From Phoronis australis (lineage: Eukaryota > Animalia > Phoronida), in contig NMRA01000618.1 of NCBI GenBank assembly GCA_002633005.1, positions 181,312 through 245,311 on the forward strand: DNA of 64,000 nucleotides, given 5' to 3'. Position 1 is the stretch's first letter, and each line of letters begins with the position of its first letter. The translations under genes were made by a program, and so were the position numbers. The notes beneath the pieces are model-generated. The model was not told the origin of the DNA and did no database searches. It worked only from the letters and a program-made list of their open reading frames with translations. This document shows, piece by piece, positions 38,101 through 50,286 of this stretch.

Positions 38101-39580
38101 TTGCTCTAGTTCTGACATACCGCCGAGAGTCGGACACCTGTATGTGCTTGTACATTGAGGACGCTCTGATCAAAGGTAATCAGAGACTACTGGTTTCTAC
38201 AATTGATACTGATGTTGTGGTCGTTCTTCTTGGTGTTGTTGATCAGCTTAAGGCTTTGCTGTCAGCAATTCAATTACGGGTAGTGGTTAAAGCTGGAAAG
38301 AAGGTGCGGGAACTCTTCGTCAAGAGTTTGTTTGACTACTTAGGTACGATTTGTGTGTAGCTCTACCCATGTTTCATGCCTTAACAGGGTTGGACACAAC
38401 GTCCCAGTTCTATGGAAAAGAGAAGAAAACAGCATGGGAGACATGAAAAGCTTACCGTGATGCTACTCAGGCATTCTCGTGTCGGCAATCAATTCCTTTT
38501 AGCAACTCACCGTCGACAGTCAGGAATTCAAAACAACTGAGACATTTACATGTTTCGTTTATGATCGAAAAGTCAAAACCAGCAAAGTCAATACTTTATG
38601 AAAGGAGCTTTTCCAACAAAAAGTTCAGATCATGCCAAATTTATCGCCTACCCAACCTCCTCTGATAAAGCAAGTTAACAAATTCTTGTATCAAGCTGGC
38701 AGTCGGATGCCCATCCACGGGAAACCAAGTCCATAGAGGTTTGCGTGGCAGAGTGACAAGGGCCAACAATGGACACCTTACTGGATAGACATGCCTGAAA
38801 TCTCCAAAGCCGGCCAGCAGCTAATGGTTGCAAGAGCATACCACCATGGGGCAAGACATATAAATTAAAAGCAATTCCTTAGCATGCACAACCGGGGAAC
38901 ATGTCAGTAACATCATGGTTTGTTATGGACCAAAGGAACAGATGATAATGTTAATTGAATTCTGTGGTCTGCAATGGCAATTTGAGATTAATCTGTTTTA
39001 TTGTGTTGATATTATACGCAGATGACAATCGGATTATATGTAGACAGGAGCTAGAAGAAGCATACTAAAGACATTTTTGAAAGCTGGTCTCTGAGTTTTT
39101 GGTATTCTGTCAAGTTCTACGCATATAAATTGGTCTCTTTATCATAACATCAACTGAATTTTCATAGTTGTACAAATTAATGATAAATCTAATAAATTTT
39201 GGTAAGAAATCCTATTTGTTGTTGTATTATTAATCTTGCATCAGATCAAAATAGATGGTTTTGTTAAAATTGCAGTTGGTTGGTTAAATTTTGGAGGCCA
39301 TATTGGAATTATGCAAATGAAGAGTCTGAATATTATGAGAAAAAGATAATGCGATGTCATTGATAGATTTCTAGTTAATAAAGTACTGTTACCTAGCCTT
39401 AAAGCAACCATAGATTGTGTTACTGGGCGGACATTTTGTTTTTTGAGATTTGACCTTGACCTTGACCTCAAAATTTGGGCAACCGACCCCATGAGATTCA
39501 GCATGTCAAAAAGTACTAGTGTGCCAAATCTGGTGCTTTAATCCAACGTGTAAATGTTTTCGGGTTAAGGGCCTGGACTA
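35102..39580 (+). mobile_element. AcademX-type DNA transposon, internally deleted, with ~150 bp TIRs, TAG termini and 3 bp TSD (CTA)
   Basis: tagtcc...ggattaaagcacca...gctgaatctcatg.gggtcggttgccc.aaattt...aggtcaaggtcaaatc is mirrored at 39445-39580. cta flanks both ends. Confidence 0.8.
36540..38900 (+). pseudogene. Academ transposase C-terminal part with XPG/FEN1-like nuclease domain, heavily frameshifted
   Basis: Motifs ADSFLQASHLTRTRHAHQVT, FFALDLQNYARWVSLH, GGAIGLTENPNAL, VFDG, RVDIVFDAY, TIDTDVVV and LPMFHALTGLDTTSQFYGKEKKTAW. Confidence 0.8.
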
Positions 39581-40099
39581 CTATAGCTACTGTATAGCGG
39601 CCTCCACGTAATTATGAGTGAAACACGTTTCACAATTATGCTTTTGGTTTGATTGCCACGCAAAAAATCCTTATTTTTACTGTCCATTAACAATCATGAG
39701 TAAATGTCGATTGCGGATTAAAATAGAAAAATCTGGTGCCAAGTATTAATGAGTTGTCAATTAACGTTTTTCTGGCGAGATACGGATGTACATTTACAAG
39801 CTGGTTCTGGTGGATCCTTGAAAAAAATACTGAACGGTCCACGATCAACCCAGAAATTAATGGCAGTTGAACAATGCACGTGCTAAATTTCAACGTTACT
39901 AACGTTGTAGGCAAGGGAACCCGTGTTGGTTGAGAATGGTAGTCGACAGGAAACCACGTAACTACTTTATTGAACAATAACACAATTTTGTAATTAAGGA
40001 ATGATAAGTTTCTCAACGGAGTAACTCTTTGTTTAGGATGAAACAACCAAAACGCCATTAAAGAGGCATGGGACGCAAAAAACGAAGTAAATTGCATTA

Positions 40100-40190
40100 T
40101 TTAAAGTGGTTGTCTACCACTGACACAAAATTCAGATCCTGCTCACGAGTACGGTTTGTTCGCAAAGATTTTCAAGTTCTGTAAATGTAC
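40100..40190. repeat. Kolobok-type MITE end fragment
   Basis: ttaaagtggt...ccactga.aca.aattca...tgctcac...gttt..g.aaagatttt.aa.ttctgt, shared with 62211-62335. Confidence 0.55.
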
Positions 40191-40759
40191 AACGAGTCAG
40201 AGCCCATGTACAAACTGACGGCATTGAAAATGCAGACAATGTAAAAAATATAGGCGGCAGCGATCCGCGTTGTGTAGCTGAACCTGTGCTCGGTTGCATG
40301 AAACAATCCAAAATTGGAACTCAACTAAGTTCTCTAAATCTACTGCGTATTTGTGGACTTGTGAAAACACCAATTGTCACTTCTGCTATATTAGTTTCAT
40401 TACTTAGTCAAAGTTTGGCTTTGATACAAAGTGAACTCAACATTGAATTCGCAGTATTATTGAAACTATTTAGGTATCTTTTCATGCAACACTAAGTCCC
40501 TGTTTATTTTCATTGAATTCCGGACTCAGTTTTTAGTTATATTCTTAAAATAATGTCATAAGTCGGTGAAGATGTCATAATAAAGCTGGAATGGTAGAAT
40601 AAGATTATATTTGTGAGTAGATAGGCAAACGATTTAGGAATCTTAGTCCCTATTTGAGACTGTTTCATGTAACCCGGCATTGGTGTACCGATATCCTACG
40701 AATGCTGCAGGCTGAATGTACGCAACTGGATACATACATGTACATGTACCCAGTCAGCA

Positions 40760-40930
40760 GGTCGGTGGGTATCGCTTAATTCCTGCAGAGAAACAGTAAC
40801 CTGGCCTGACAGAAACACATCACTGGGTGGGGAATCCACTGTGTACCGGGTGTGGTATTGATGTTGAAACCCCTCAAAACCTGGTAGAGTATTGTCCGAC
40901 TTTTTATAGGCTAAGGAGTAAGCTACAGGT
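40760..40930 (+). mobile_element. LINE ORF2 C-terminal zinc-knuckle remnant
   Basis: NPLCTGCGIDVETPQNLVEYCPTFYRLRSKL resembles the P.C..CG...ET..H....CP....R motif at LINE 3' ends. Confidence 0.4.
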
Positions 40931-43143
40931 GAATGGCACTGTTACATGCCTACAACATATTAGTCTAGTTGCCAAAAAGGTGACCCTGCAATGTTGTTTA
41001 CTGCAAAAGTTTTCTTTTGGAAATTCATTATATGTGGTTAGGAGAATAAAATTAACTTGGTTGCACTTTGAACATTTTTTATAATTCAAGATGGCAGCTT
41101 CCGCCATCTTGAATTTCTCCTAATTTCCATACTCTGAGTCCATTTCTGATATAATTTTTGGATGCCAGGTCACAGTCAAGGTCAAATGAAAGGTCAAAGG
41201 TCACGTTGAACTGAGACAAGGAAATTCATCAATTTTGGCCGACGAAATGTTAAATTTATGGGAAATGCAGAATTATTATTTCTGTGATTCCATTATATGA
41301 AGAATAAAGGACAGCTAAATTCTTGAATAAGATATCCTGCTAACATCTCAATAGCTAGTTTAAAATATTGTTGCACCGGACCTACGCATGTTGATCAGGG
41401 AGGCCCACCGCACTGATCACCTTGGACCATCTTCATGCTTTATTAGTTGAAACAAAGCTTACAGCTTGACTCAAGCGACCAGCAGTGTGTCCGTGTGAAT
41501 TGAACACACAACCTTGAGTAGAGGAAGCCACACTGCCACATCGTGAATAGGGGTATGTGTACAGATTACACGCAATCCGTGCTGGGTACATATACGTAGA
41601 CTGGGATGGGTACTATTATTAACTCAGGGAAACTCATAAACTATGACTTCTGGAACTTACATGTACTCATGCGCGTACCCAGGGGTGTGTGTATAGAACA
41701 AGAGATTTTAATAATAGCTGTACTACAGTCTTGTCATCCAAGTGTTAACAGCTGTGCTTCGAGTAGAGCTTTCTTGACATTATTAGACAGGTGCTCCACA
41801 TACAGGAAACTTCAATATAAACTTCGATGAAAGAACTCTGTCAGGCTGCTAAACTTTGAATAAACTTCTTGCCAGAAATGTTTGGCACTTTAGTCGAACA
41901 CTTATCACACGTTTGTCGAACTTTTGTCGTAGTTTAGGTTGCCGTTATTGCGCCTAGCCGTTTATTGTATATTTATGAATGGAGTTACGTGCAAAATGTG
42001 GAAATTAAGACAACGTACATGGAGGCGCTATCGTATTCTAGTCGAAAATAATTTCCACGTTGTTCGGTTTACTTTAAAAACTACTACACCAGCGCAGGTA
42101 CCGTACACAATCATGGTGACCTGCTGCAAAGAAATATGTCAACATCTTCTTGAGACAGGATTGTCTAAGGAAGAAGTCAAGGCAGAAACATGAGAGACAG
42201 CAGTGTTGACTTAAAAAGACAATTTACCGATATGGGTGGTTATTGACCATCCAGGTAAACCATCAACTCTTCATAAGACTTGGCCCCATTTGAGTAGACA
42301 TTGGGTAACAACATGGCTGTGATAAGATTGTATACCTACCGAGGATCGGTTCTAGCCTTACCGTTGACTACAGTATACTGGAGTGTAACAGGTTACTACT
42401 CCGATGGCCCACCACTCCGAACAATACAGCTACTCCGAAGGTCCACTACTCCGAAAGAACACCGTTACTACAGCTTTTTTTACACGATCTTCCTAAATTT
42501 TCTCAAAATTTCACTAATGAGATATTATTTTGTTACCCATACAAAAAAAATTGTGACAATGAAGTCCAATGACTTATTTCTGCCATTTTACTGTCTTGGT
42601 AGTTAACAACTCTTGTATCCTATATTCTTTGAATTTCGCTTAATCGAGAGAAAATGTATCATATTACATGCGCGCACATACGGGGAGGCTCAAATGAGAC
42701 CCCCCATTCGGCGAAGTGGGCAAAAAGGTCCGAGAAAACGACACAAAGTCCACTAAAAAGGCGCGAATACACAATTCATAGCCCTGAATGAGATATCGAT
42801 TTTTTGGTCCTCGTTTTTGGTTTATAAAAACACATTGCCAAAAATTCGAGCCTCCCCCATATTTTAGACTGGGTTTGCACATGTATTAGTGTTATAAAAT
42901 GAAACAAATGCGTTCATATTTGGAGGAGGTGTGGGTTTCTTCGGAGTAGTTTTTTCTTTGTGGAGAAGAGGTTTTTCATACATGTAGAATTGTTTATTTG
43001 GAGTAATGGACAGTACCGGTAACCATATACTGGACGCACCAGCAACTGCCGAGCATATGAGCATTTCCAAGCCATATGCTTTCTCTATTTTGTGTCGAAG
43101 CAGCTTCATTTCAAGGAAAGTGTGGAAACAAGTGAAGGCTAAC

Positions 43144-43441
43144 CTGTTTTACACGAACACTGTGTCAAATTATTCAGTTTGCCTGTGTGCTTGTCGAGAG
43201 TCGTCTGCTGTTTGGCAAAGGATTCCAAATATCTTGTCCTTGTTTGAGTAACCACGGCCTTTAGTTCAGCAATTTCACGTGTCTGAACATCAATTTTGTT
43301 GTTTATAGCAGCAAAAAGTGTGGAAACTCTTCTTTCCAAACTGGCCAATGACGTCACCATAGTTTTTGGAGGAGACGGTGTTATTCTTCCGAAGGTGGAG
43401 CCATCGCAATCCGGATGGGAACATCCCGACACCATATTCAA
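43144..43441 (-). CDS. Probable secreted coiled-coil protein, exon 2
   Basis: ttttagcag|LNMVSGCSHPDCDG...LASLERRVSTLFAAINNKIDVQTREIAELKAVV...QQTTLDKHTGKLNNLTQCSCKT|gttagc, with a heptad pattern. Confidence 0.55.
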
Positions 43442-43744
43442 CTGCTAAAATACCAATTAACATAACACAAAGATTATCACTTCCAGATACATGTACATGT
43501 ATGATAGTGGCATGGCATGGAATACGTAATTCTCATCTCATCGCAGAGAGAGATACTTCGTCAACGTTAAATAAGCAACTCTAGGTATTGCAGAAAGTTT
43601 ACGGTAGACTAATGCTAAGTTATAGACATGAACTGTGCTTACACATACATTTCAAAGTGCTTTAAAAAGGCAAATACATATAGAGATGCATATCTCCTGA
43701 AGTTTGACTTGCATGCGAACTGGTAAGTGAACAACTTAACTTAC

Positions 43745-43777
43745 AACCAGTACCGCGAAGTACAGTACAACAATCAT
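43745..43777 (-). CDS. Probable secreted coiled-coil protein, exon 1 (signal peptide)
   Basis: acgATG start, MIVVLYFAVLV|gtaagt. Phase 0 joins exon 2 in frame to give MIVVLYFAVLVLNMVSG-CSHP. Confidence 0.5.
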
Positions 43778-44020
43778 CGTTTCGTTTCTTCGAGACCTCT
43801 CGGTGTCGCCAAAAATGCTTGTGCTGTTTCACTGTGAGACACTCAGTTTGAGCAATGAGCTAGTACATAAGGAGTAGCTCATTGGTTTGAGAAACCTCGC
43901 GTTTAGAGTCACGTGTATACTGATAGTGAACGGTTACAGGTGACAATTCGCAAGAACCGAACAGCAAGCCGTCATTATCTAGTTGTGGGAATGGTCAAAA
44001 GGTTGCAAATCTATGAAATG

Positions 44021-44524
44021 GGCTAAAGGGTTCTTAAACGAGTAACTTTTTGTGCGTTGAGATGTGTTTAATCAACGCGTAGTTTTTTTTAAATTTACGC
44101 TTTCATCGCTTAATCTTCCCGTACTTTTGCTTAATTTACACGTGCTTTTACTTAATCTACGCGTACTTTTATTATGCACGTAAGAACCCTTTGGGAATAC
44201 CTACAAATCGACCTCGCTTAACTCTTCATCGCATATGTCTGTGCAGCGGCAAGGGTTCTTAAACGAACACTACATGTACATACCTACGTATACTTTAGCT
44301 TAATCTACAGTACGTGTACTTTTGCTTAATTTGCTTTTGCTTAATCTCCGAGTACTTTTAATTTACACGAACGTTTGCTTAATCTACGTGTACATTTAGT
44401 TCTTAAACGATCATAATTGGAGAGCATGGGCGTGATTCAAAGCACGCGCACATTAAATAAAAATACGCGTAGATTAAGCATAGTTCGACGCATAGAAATG
44501 TACTCGTTTAAGTAACCTTTGGCG
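44021..44524. mobile_element. MITE with TIRs and an internal array of ~22 bp repeats (ttttgcttaatctacgcgtac)
   Basis: aaagggttcttaaacgagta at 44025 and tactcgtttaagtaaccttt at 44501-44520, with degenerate tandem units between them. Confidence 0.7.
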
Positions 44525-44780
44525 CTTTATATATGCCAGACACTAAAATATATCGCACTTACACATCAGTCGTAAACTGATAAGCCGTTTTTTCGCCGTC
44601 CCGAAGGTGACGAGATCAGCAAAATCACTTGTATTGACAAAATGGACAATAACCATGGATTGAAATAGTTTGGCCTTTTTCGCCATTTGTGCAAAGGTTG
44701 TAAGAGAATAGCTCTATCTTACGTCGTGCTACTATAAATGGAAACAGTGCGTACGCAGCATAGGCGGATTTAGGGGGGGG

Positions 44781-44821
44781 NNNNNNNNNNNNNNNNNNNN
44801 NNNNNNNNNNNNNNNNNNNNN
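44781..44821. other. Assembly gap
   Basis: Run of N. Confidence 1.
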
Positions 44822-45221
44822 GCTCAGATCCAATTTCAAGTGTCAAATTCGGAACACGGCACAATCGTAACGGAACTATGGCTAAGTATAGGCTCTCCCG
44901 CGATATCTCAGGCGACCGGCAGTGGCGCTGGGCACTACGACTCCGTTTCTGTCGTCTGCTCCACTGTGCATTTTTTAAAAATACTGGAATTTGAGTGATC
45001 GTGAAAAAACAGAAGCTGCTGGTAAGATGTCAATTTTAATCGAAGCTTTAGTGAATCACTCAGAAACTCACAATTCTTTCTTTGTCAAGCCTTAACTTAA
45101 AAGACGACTTCCAAAGCAATCGCTTCATTATTGCCAACACAAAAACGGATTTGGTCTTTTGGGCAATTGAAGACTATTTTAAATACAACAAATTTGTTAC
45201 GAACTGATTGCACAAAAACAT

Positions 45222-45734
45222 GTAATAAGCATTACAAAAAGGAGTTTTCGCGCGCAAACGCTGTGGATCATGCACATCTACAATCGTGCTTGGACCAAAT
45301 GTTTACAGACAAAATGTTGGGCCCCCCCTTGTGATATCCTAGATCCGCCACTGTAATAAGCATTACAAAAAGAAGTAGGTTTCGCGCGCAAACGCTGTGG
45401 ACCATAAACGAGTAGGTCTCTTAGTATGTGGTTAGTAGTTCGTTCGTGGTGGTGTAGTGGTAATGCACGTCAGGTCGTGAGTTCGAATCTTCGGAACTCG
45501 TAGTTTTCCCTGTTTGACACGTTCTCTATTTTTTTTTGCTTTTTTTCCTTGGATAATACTTCAGGAATCAAGGAAAATGCTTGATTTTTAGAGGTAAAAA
45601 CAGAAAAATTTTCCTGGGCTACCTCCCCACATTCGATGCTATGCACATCTACAATTGCGGTTCACTTTACGCAAATGCTTGCAGCCGGACAAAATGTTGG
45701 GCCCCCCGTTGTGATATCCTAGATCCGCTACTGC
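45222..45734. repeat. Locally duplicated hAT-like MITE ends
   Basis: gacaaaatgttgggcccccc..tgtgatatcctagatccgc.actg ends at 45353 and 45734. taataagcattacaaaaa...ttcgcgcgcaaacgctgtgga occurs twice. Confidence 0.7.
45442..45497 (+). mobile_element. tRNA-derived SINE head fragment
   Basis: A box tggtgtagtgg and B box gagttcgaatc, without a full cloverleaf. Confidence 0.5.
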
Positions 45735-46689
45735 GCAGAGATTATCTTGTGGGAGATTATGTGTACGATTGGCGATTTTTCGGTGGAGTGGTTTGCGTAA
45801 TGTCACAAGTGTGCTGATCGTTGATGGGCCAAATGATTCAATCACACTATTTCACAGTGCCTCGTTTTAAAAAAGCTCGCACGGATTAGACAGCGATCGT
45901 GTATGTACAACAAATAACATTTCCGCAAAAACTGAGGAATGTCTGACATGACAAGAATTTCAGATATTAATTTTGTACACAGGAAAAATTTGGATGATTG
46001 ATGTAGTTTCTAAAAACTCTAATGTACATAGGGTAGCGGACAACTATTGTCACGGTTATATCACGATATGAATTGCTGGAACTCAATTAAATTACTTGAA
46101 TGGGAGACTTTCGAGTCACGACATGGGGCCGGACATTAGGTGGCCTCTAGGGTACGAGGAGGCAGTTTTTATTTAAAATGCGTCACGTCATTTTTATTAA
46201 AACGCACCACATTTGATCACCTATACTGTAACAATAGCCGTTTCACGAAGTCAAACCCACTGCGAAAAAGTACACCCTAGTTTCGTCAGGTGGCGATCCT
46301 TTGCACTGATTAAACTGTATATACCTTGCTTCATGAAGTTTTCCCTTTGGTTAGCAGTTTAGCGGACTACTTGTGAGAAGATGCATAAATACTTTTGACT
46401 GCCATGTTTACTCTGGTATTCCAAGTCACACATGTATGAAGGAGTGAAGTAAATGTCCTTAACGGGTTTGGATACAAAAACTACCTTTGACTTGATCCTG
46501 GCTTCTGGTATGTTACCAAGACTACTAGGACTGGTTTCCTGAATAACATACAGAATTGGAAAAGCTTGATTCCCGCTTTCGAGAACACCTCTATATCATT
46601 CCTAAAATGGATTTTGTACTGTTGAAGTGTTAGACAAGAGAATAATGATTTTATAATTCAAAATCTAACCAAACAAGCACTTATTTTGG

Positions 46690-47920
46690 GAATTGGAGAA
46701 TTTTAAACAAAAAATATTTTTTGTTTCCCGCCATGTGACGTCATCAGTTGACGGTATATATGCAATGGCAAATAGTGGTGATTTTGTAAGTTACTAAGAC
46801 TTAGAGAGCGAGCTTGTCGAACACTATGAAGACAAGGTATGGACATAGGTGAAAACGACACTCAGGCCGTAGGTGAAACAGGTAACGAGATAGACCTCGC
46901 CATATCGGCAGACTTTGCACGTCTGAGACCGTACGAACTCGAACCTCCCGCACCGAGGTCTTCGTCCAGTGGAACCGAGTCGGAGCCTACTCAGTCTACG
47001 GACAGTCCCCCATCACGATTTAATTTTCTAACCACTTCAGTGTCGAGCAATATGTCTCGAACAGAAAATCTAACCGAAGTTTTTACCCTGAAGCCAGTCG
47101 CGAACAGCAGACCGTGATTTAATTTCTTTAAATGCCGAGTGTTTTGGCAGAAACGATCATATCTAATTGTAGTGATACCAACTGGCTTTTATTTCTGGTA
47201 AATAATACTCATTTCTATCTTGTCTGTTCAACAATCATGAAAGCTTTCTACCCTTATGATTCGTCGACTTCTATCCAGTTTCCGACTCTAGACACTGCGT
47301 CGGCTGCGATCGTGATCTCAAATTATTGGCGAGGCATCTATATCCAATTTCATACTATTAGGTATTGACACATATTTGGATAGCATGAATTTCCACAACA
47401 TCTTGAATAAGAATAGACTGATGGAAACGTAATGCAATCATTCATTATCTCCCGTCACCAATTTAATTCGGAGGCTCATACTTAATATGTGCCCGCGACA
47501 ACTACGTTCCCAGCACCGTTACAACACAATACACTTCCTCTCCATCAAATGCACTTACTCTTTTCAGAAACCTTCATCCAATCTCCGTTTCTGCGACGGA
47601 TTTTACCACTATTCTTCAAAATGGCTGAGCATAGCGTTGCCCATGAACAGACCGCTTGCTCCACCGTACACTGCCACCCCTATCCGACGCACCATTTCGG
47701 GCCGATCTTAGGGTCTTTTATAAAGCCAAATACTGAAATATCGTCTGCCCGAATACATTTACTGCATTCTCCCCATATGCAACCTTTCATAATGCTCCGA
47801 CGAACTCAAGTTTTCGAGACCACTACGGCTCACAGCTGGTAAAAGCACAAGACGGAGACCGGATCCACTGATGACGTCACACAAGAAGTTTACTTTTTTA
47901 AATTTTGCGTTTATTTCTTG
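46690..47920. mobile_element. Kolobok-type remnant: KolX-like 5' end (+) convergent with THAP 5' end (-)
   Basis: 46839-47080 (+) reads ...LRPYELEPP...SRTENLT. 47600-47790 (-) reads MKGCIWGECSKC...ISVFGFIKDPKI...W...ATLCS/HFEE. Inverted gtgacgtcatcagt motifs at ~46735 and ~47867; exact ends undefined. Confidence 0.55.
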
Positions 47921-48122
47921 ATTACAAGTACAAAAATTGAAGAAGAAATACTTAATCATACCAAAATTGTTGGCAATCGAATCCAAAAACTTATGACCAT
48001 GGAGTAAAGGGTTTATAAGCAGAACCTGTTGCCCTGATGTTTCCTCGTACCTCGATAAATTTGTGGAGAAAAACAATTGACATGAAAATATTATTGTGGA
48101 GCGATGTTGAACATATTGCAAT

Positions 48123-49565
48123 TGATCTATCGCCAGGATTATGACGGAAGGCTTAATTGACCAATCAGAACAAAGCATTCTTGGCACACCTTCGTCTGCG
48201 TTTCCAAGCCGCCATTATACCCGACAAACCACACGTAATCGATTAAAACTTACTTTGGTCTATAGCTCAAGAAATTGTCCGCTAAGAATGGGGAAACGGT
48301 GTTGATATGGCGTGTGTAGCACCGAAAGCCGTTATGCTGCTCCAGAATAATATCCCGTCATTTTTTGGCATGTCCTAAGCCGAAAAATGATGTTGAAAAG
48401 CGTAAACTATGGANNNNNNNNNNNNNNNNNNNNNNNNNNNNNNNNNNNNNNNNNNNNNNNNNNNNNNNNNNNNNNNNNNNNNNNNNNNNNNNNNNNNNNN
48501 NNNNNNNNNNNNNNNNNNNNNNNNNNNNNNNNNNNNNNNNNNNNNNNNNNNNNNNNNNNNNNNNNNNNNNNNNNNNNNNNNNNNNNNNNNNNNNNNNNNN
48601 NNNNNNNNNNNNNNNNNNNNNNNNNNNNNNNNNNNNNNNNNNNNNNNNNNNNNNNNNNNNNNNNNNNNNNNNNNNNNNNNNNNNNNNNNNNNNNNNNNNN
48701 NNNNNNNNNNNNNNNNNNNNNNNNNNNNNNNNNNNNNNNNNNNNNNNNNNNNNNNNNNNNNNNNNNNNNNNNNNNNNNNNNNNNNNNNNNNNNNNNNNNN
48801 NNNNNNNNNNNNNNNNNNNNNNNNNNNNNNNNNNNNNNNNNNNNNNNNNNNNNNNNNNNNNNNNNNNNNNNNNNNNNNNNNNNNNNNNNNNNNNNNNNNN
48901 NNNNNNNNNNNNNNNNNNNNNNNNNNNNNNNNNNNNNNNNNNNNNNNNNNNNNNNNNNNNNNNNNNNNNNNNNNNNNNNNNNNNNNNNNNNNNNNNNNNN
49001 NNNNNNNNNNNNNNNNNNNNNNNNNNNNNNNNNNNNNNNNNNNNNNNNNNNNNNNNNNNNNNNNNNNNNNNNNNNNNNNNNNNNNNNNNNNNNNNNNNNN
49101 CTACTTTACTCCAGGAGTCCCACCAGTTGTGACCTACTTTTTATTTGGCGAAATTTAGCAGACGACAGAATAAAAATATCGGTGAATCTTCACTGATTTT
49201 ATTCGAAAGATCATGAAATCTATGGAATCGTACAGATAATTCGACTTTACGGTACATACCCAGCTTTACATGAACATATCGTATCAGGGGCCTTGTCATT
49301 TGTCACGTGAAGGTGGCCCCGAGGCAGAGGGGATTTTCGCTAGCTCCTCGAGCCAATTTTTACAAATTCCCATATCATGAACGTACGATTCTCTGTTGAA
49401 AAGCATCGCCTCTTGTCTCTGTCGAAGCGTTTTCAAATAGTGCAAAAACACTCATCGATACCACCAGGAACGTCGTTTAGCGACAGTGTATTTGCCTCTG
49501 ACATCTCGTTCGAATGTCGGGTATCACGTGACTTTTCGCATAGGGGCGGAGCTTGCGATAGGTCA
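48123..49565. mobile_element. ISL2EU-like DNA transposon remnant (THAP ORF start, 11 bp TIR, AT TSD)
   Basis: at|tgatctatcgc ... gcgataggtca|at. 48288-48413 (+) reads MGKRC*YGVCSTESRY...PKPKNDVEKRKLW (THAP-like). The interior is mostly gap. Confidence 0.6.
48414..49100. other. Assembly gap
   Basis: Run of N. Confidence 1.
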
Positions 49566-50286
49566 ATTGGTTAAACTAGTTAACTGATGTTTTAATATCT
49601 ATCTCAACACTGGTCTGGGTGTGATTGGCTGGAAAAACCCATTATCGGATTTGTCTGGCAGTGTTCTTTCACGATACGTGTGGTTATTTTGGATATTTTA
49701 CAACTGATTTCATGCGGTCACCTCTTGGGTTGATCTAGCTCAAATTTGACTCCCTAACACCGTTTATCTGACAGGAGCACCTCACTACTAAAACTGTCTC
49801 AGTGGCATACTGCACTTACGTCACGTGGAACGATCCTAAACTGACACCATTAGGGTGCCCACGATCAACAGATACCACAACCGACACCCTCACAATATAC
49901 ATGTACAAGCATTTGCAGTTCTTACCCAATACATTGAATTCCATTCAAGTCTCAGCAGCAAACAGCTTGCACTGTGTGCGTGTCATCTTGACTACTGAAC
50001 AGCGAGGGCGCAAAATCTTTGTGAACTTTATATTGTTTCAAGTCCGTTCCAAGGAAGTGACCTTAAGATTGACTTAAGTTTTGTCTTGAGTTCAACCTGA
50101 CTTACAGGTACCGAATGTGGAAGTTTCAAAAGTTTAAATTGAGACAAATTGTAGACTTAAGTGCCCCAGATTTATATTTCACCAAACACAGTATATATCA
50201 TGGGCGGCGCACCATAGGGGGCTATAGCTCCCACTTATTTCAGTGCTGCGCGGCCCACGTAAATGAGATGAAAAACCTTTGTATTT

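Noticed and set aside
45442-45497. Functional tRNA genes here and at 58794-58876
   Set aside because: A and B boxes are present, but the anticodon arm and acceptor stem do not form a proper cloverleaf. Treated as SINE-type heads.
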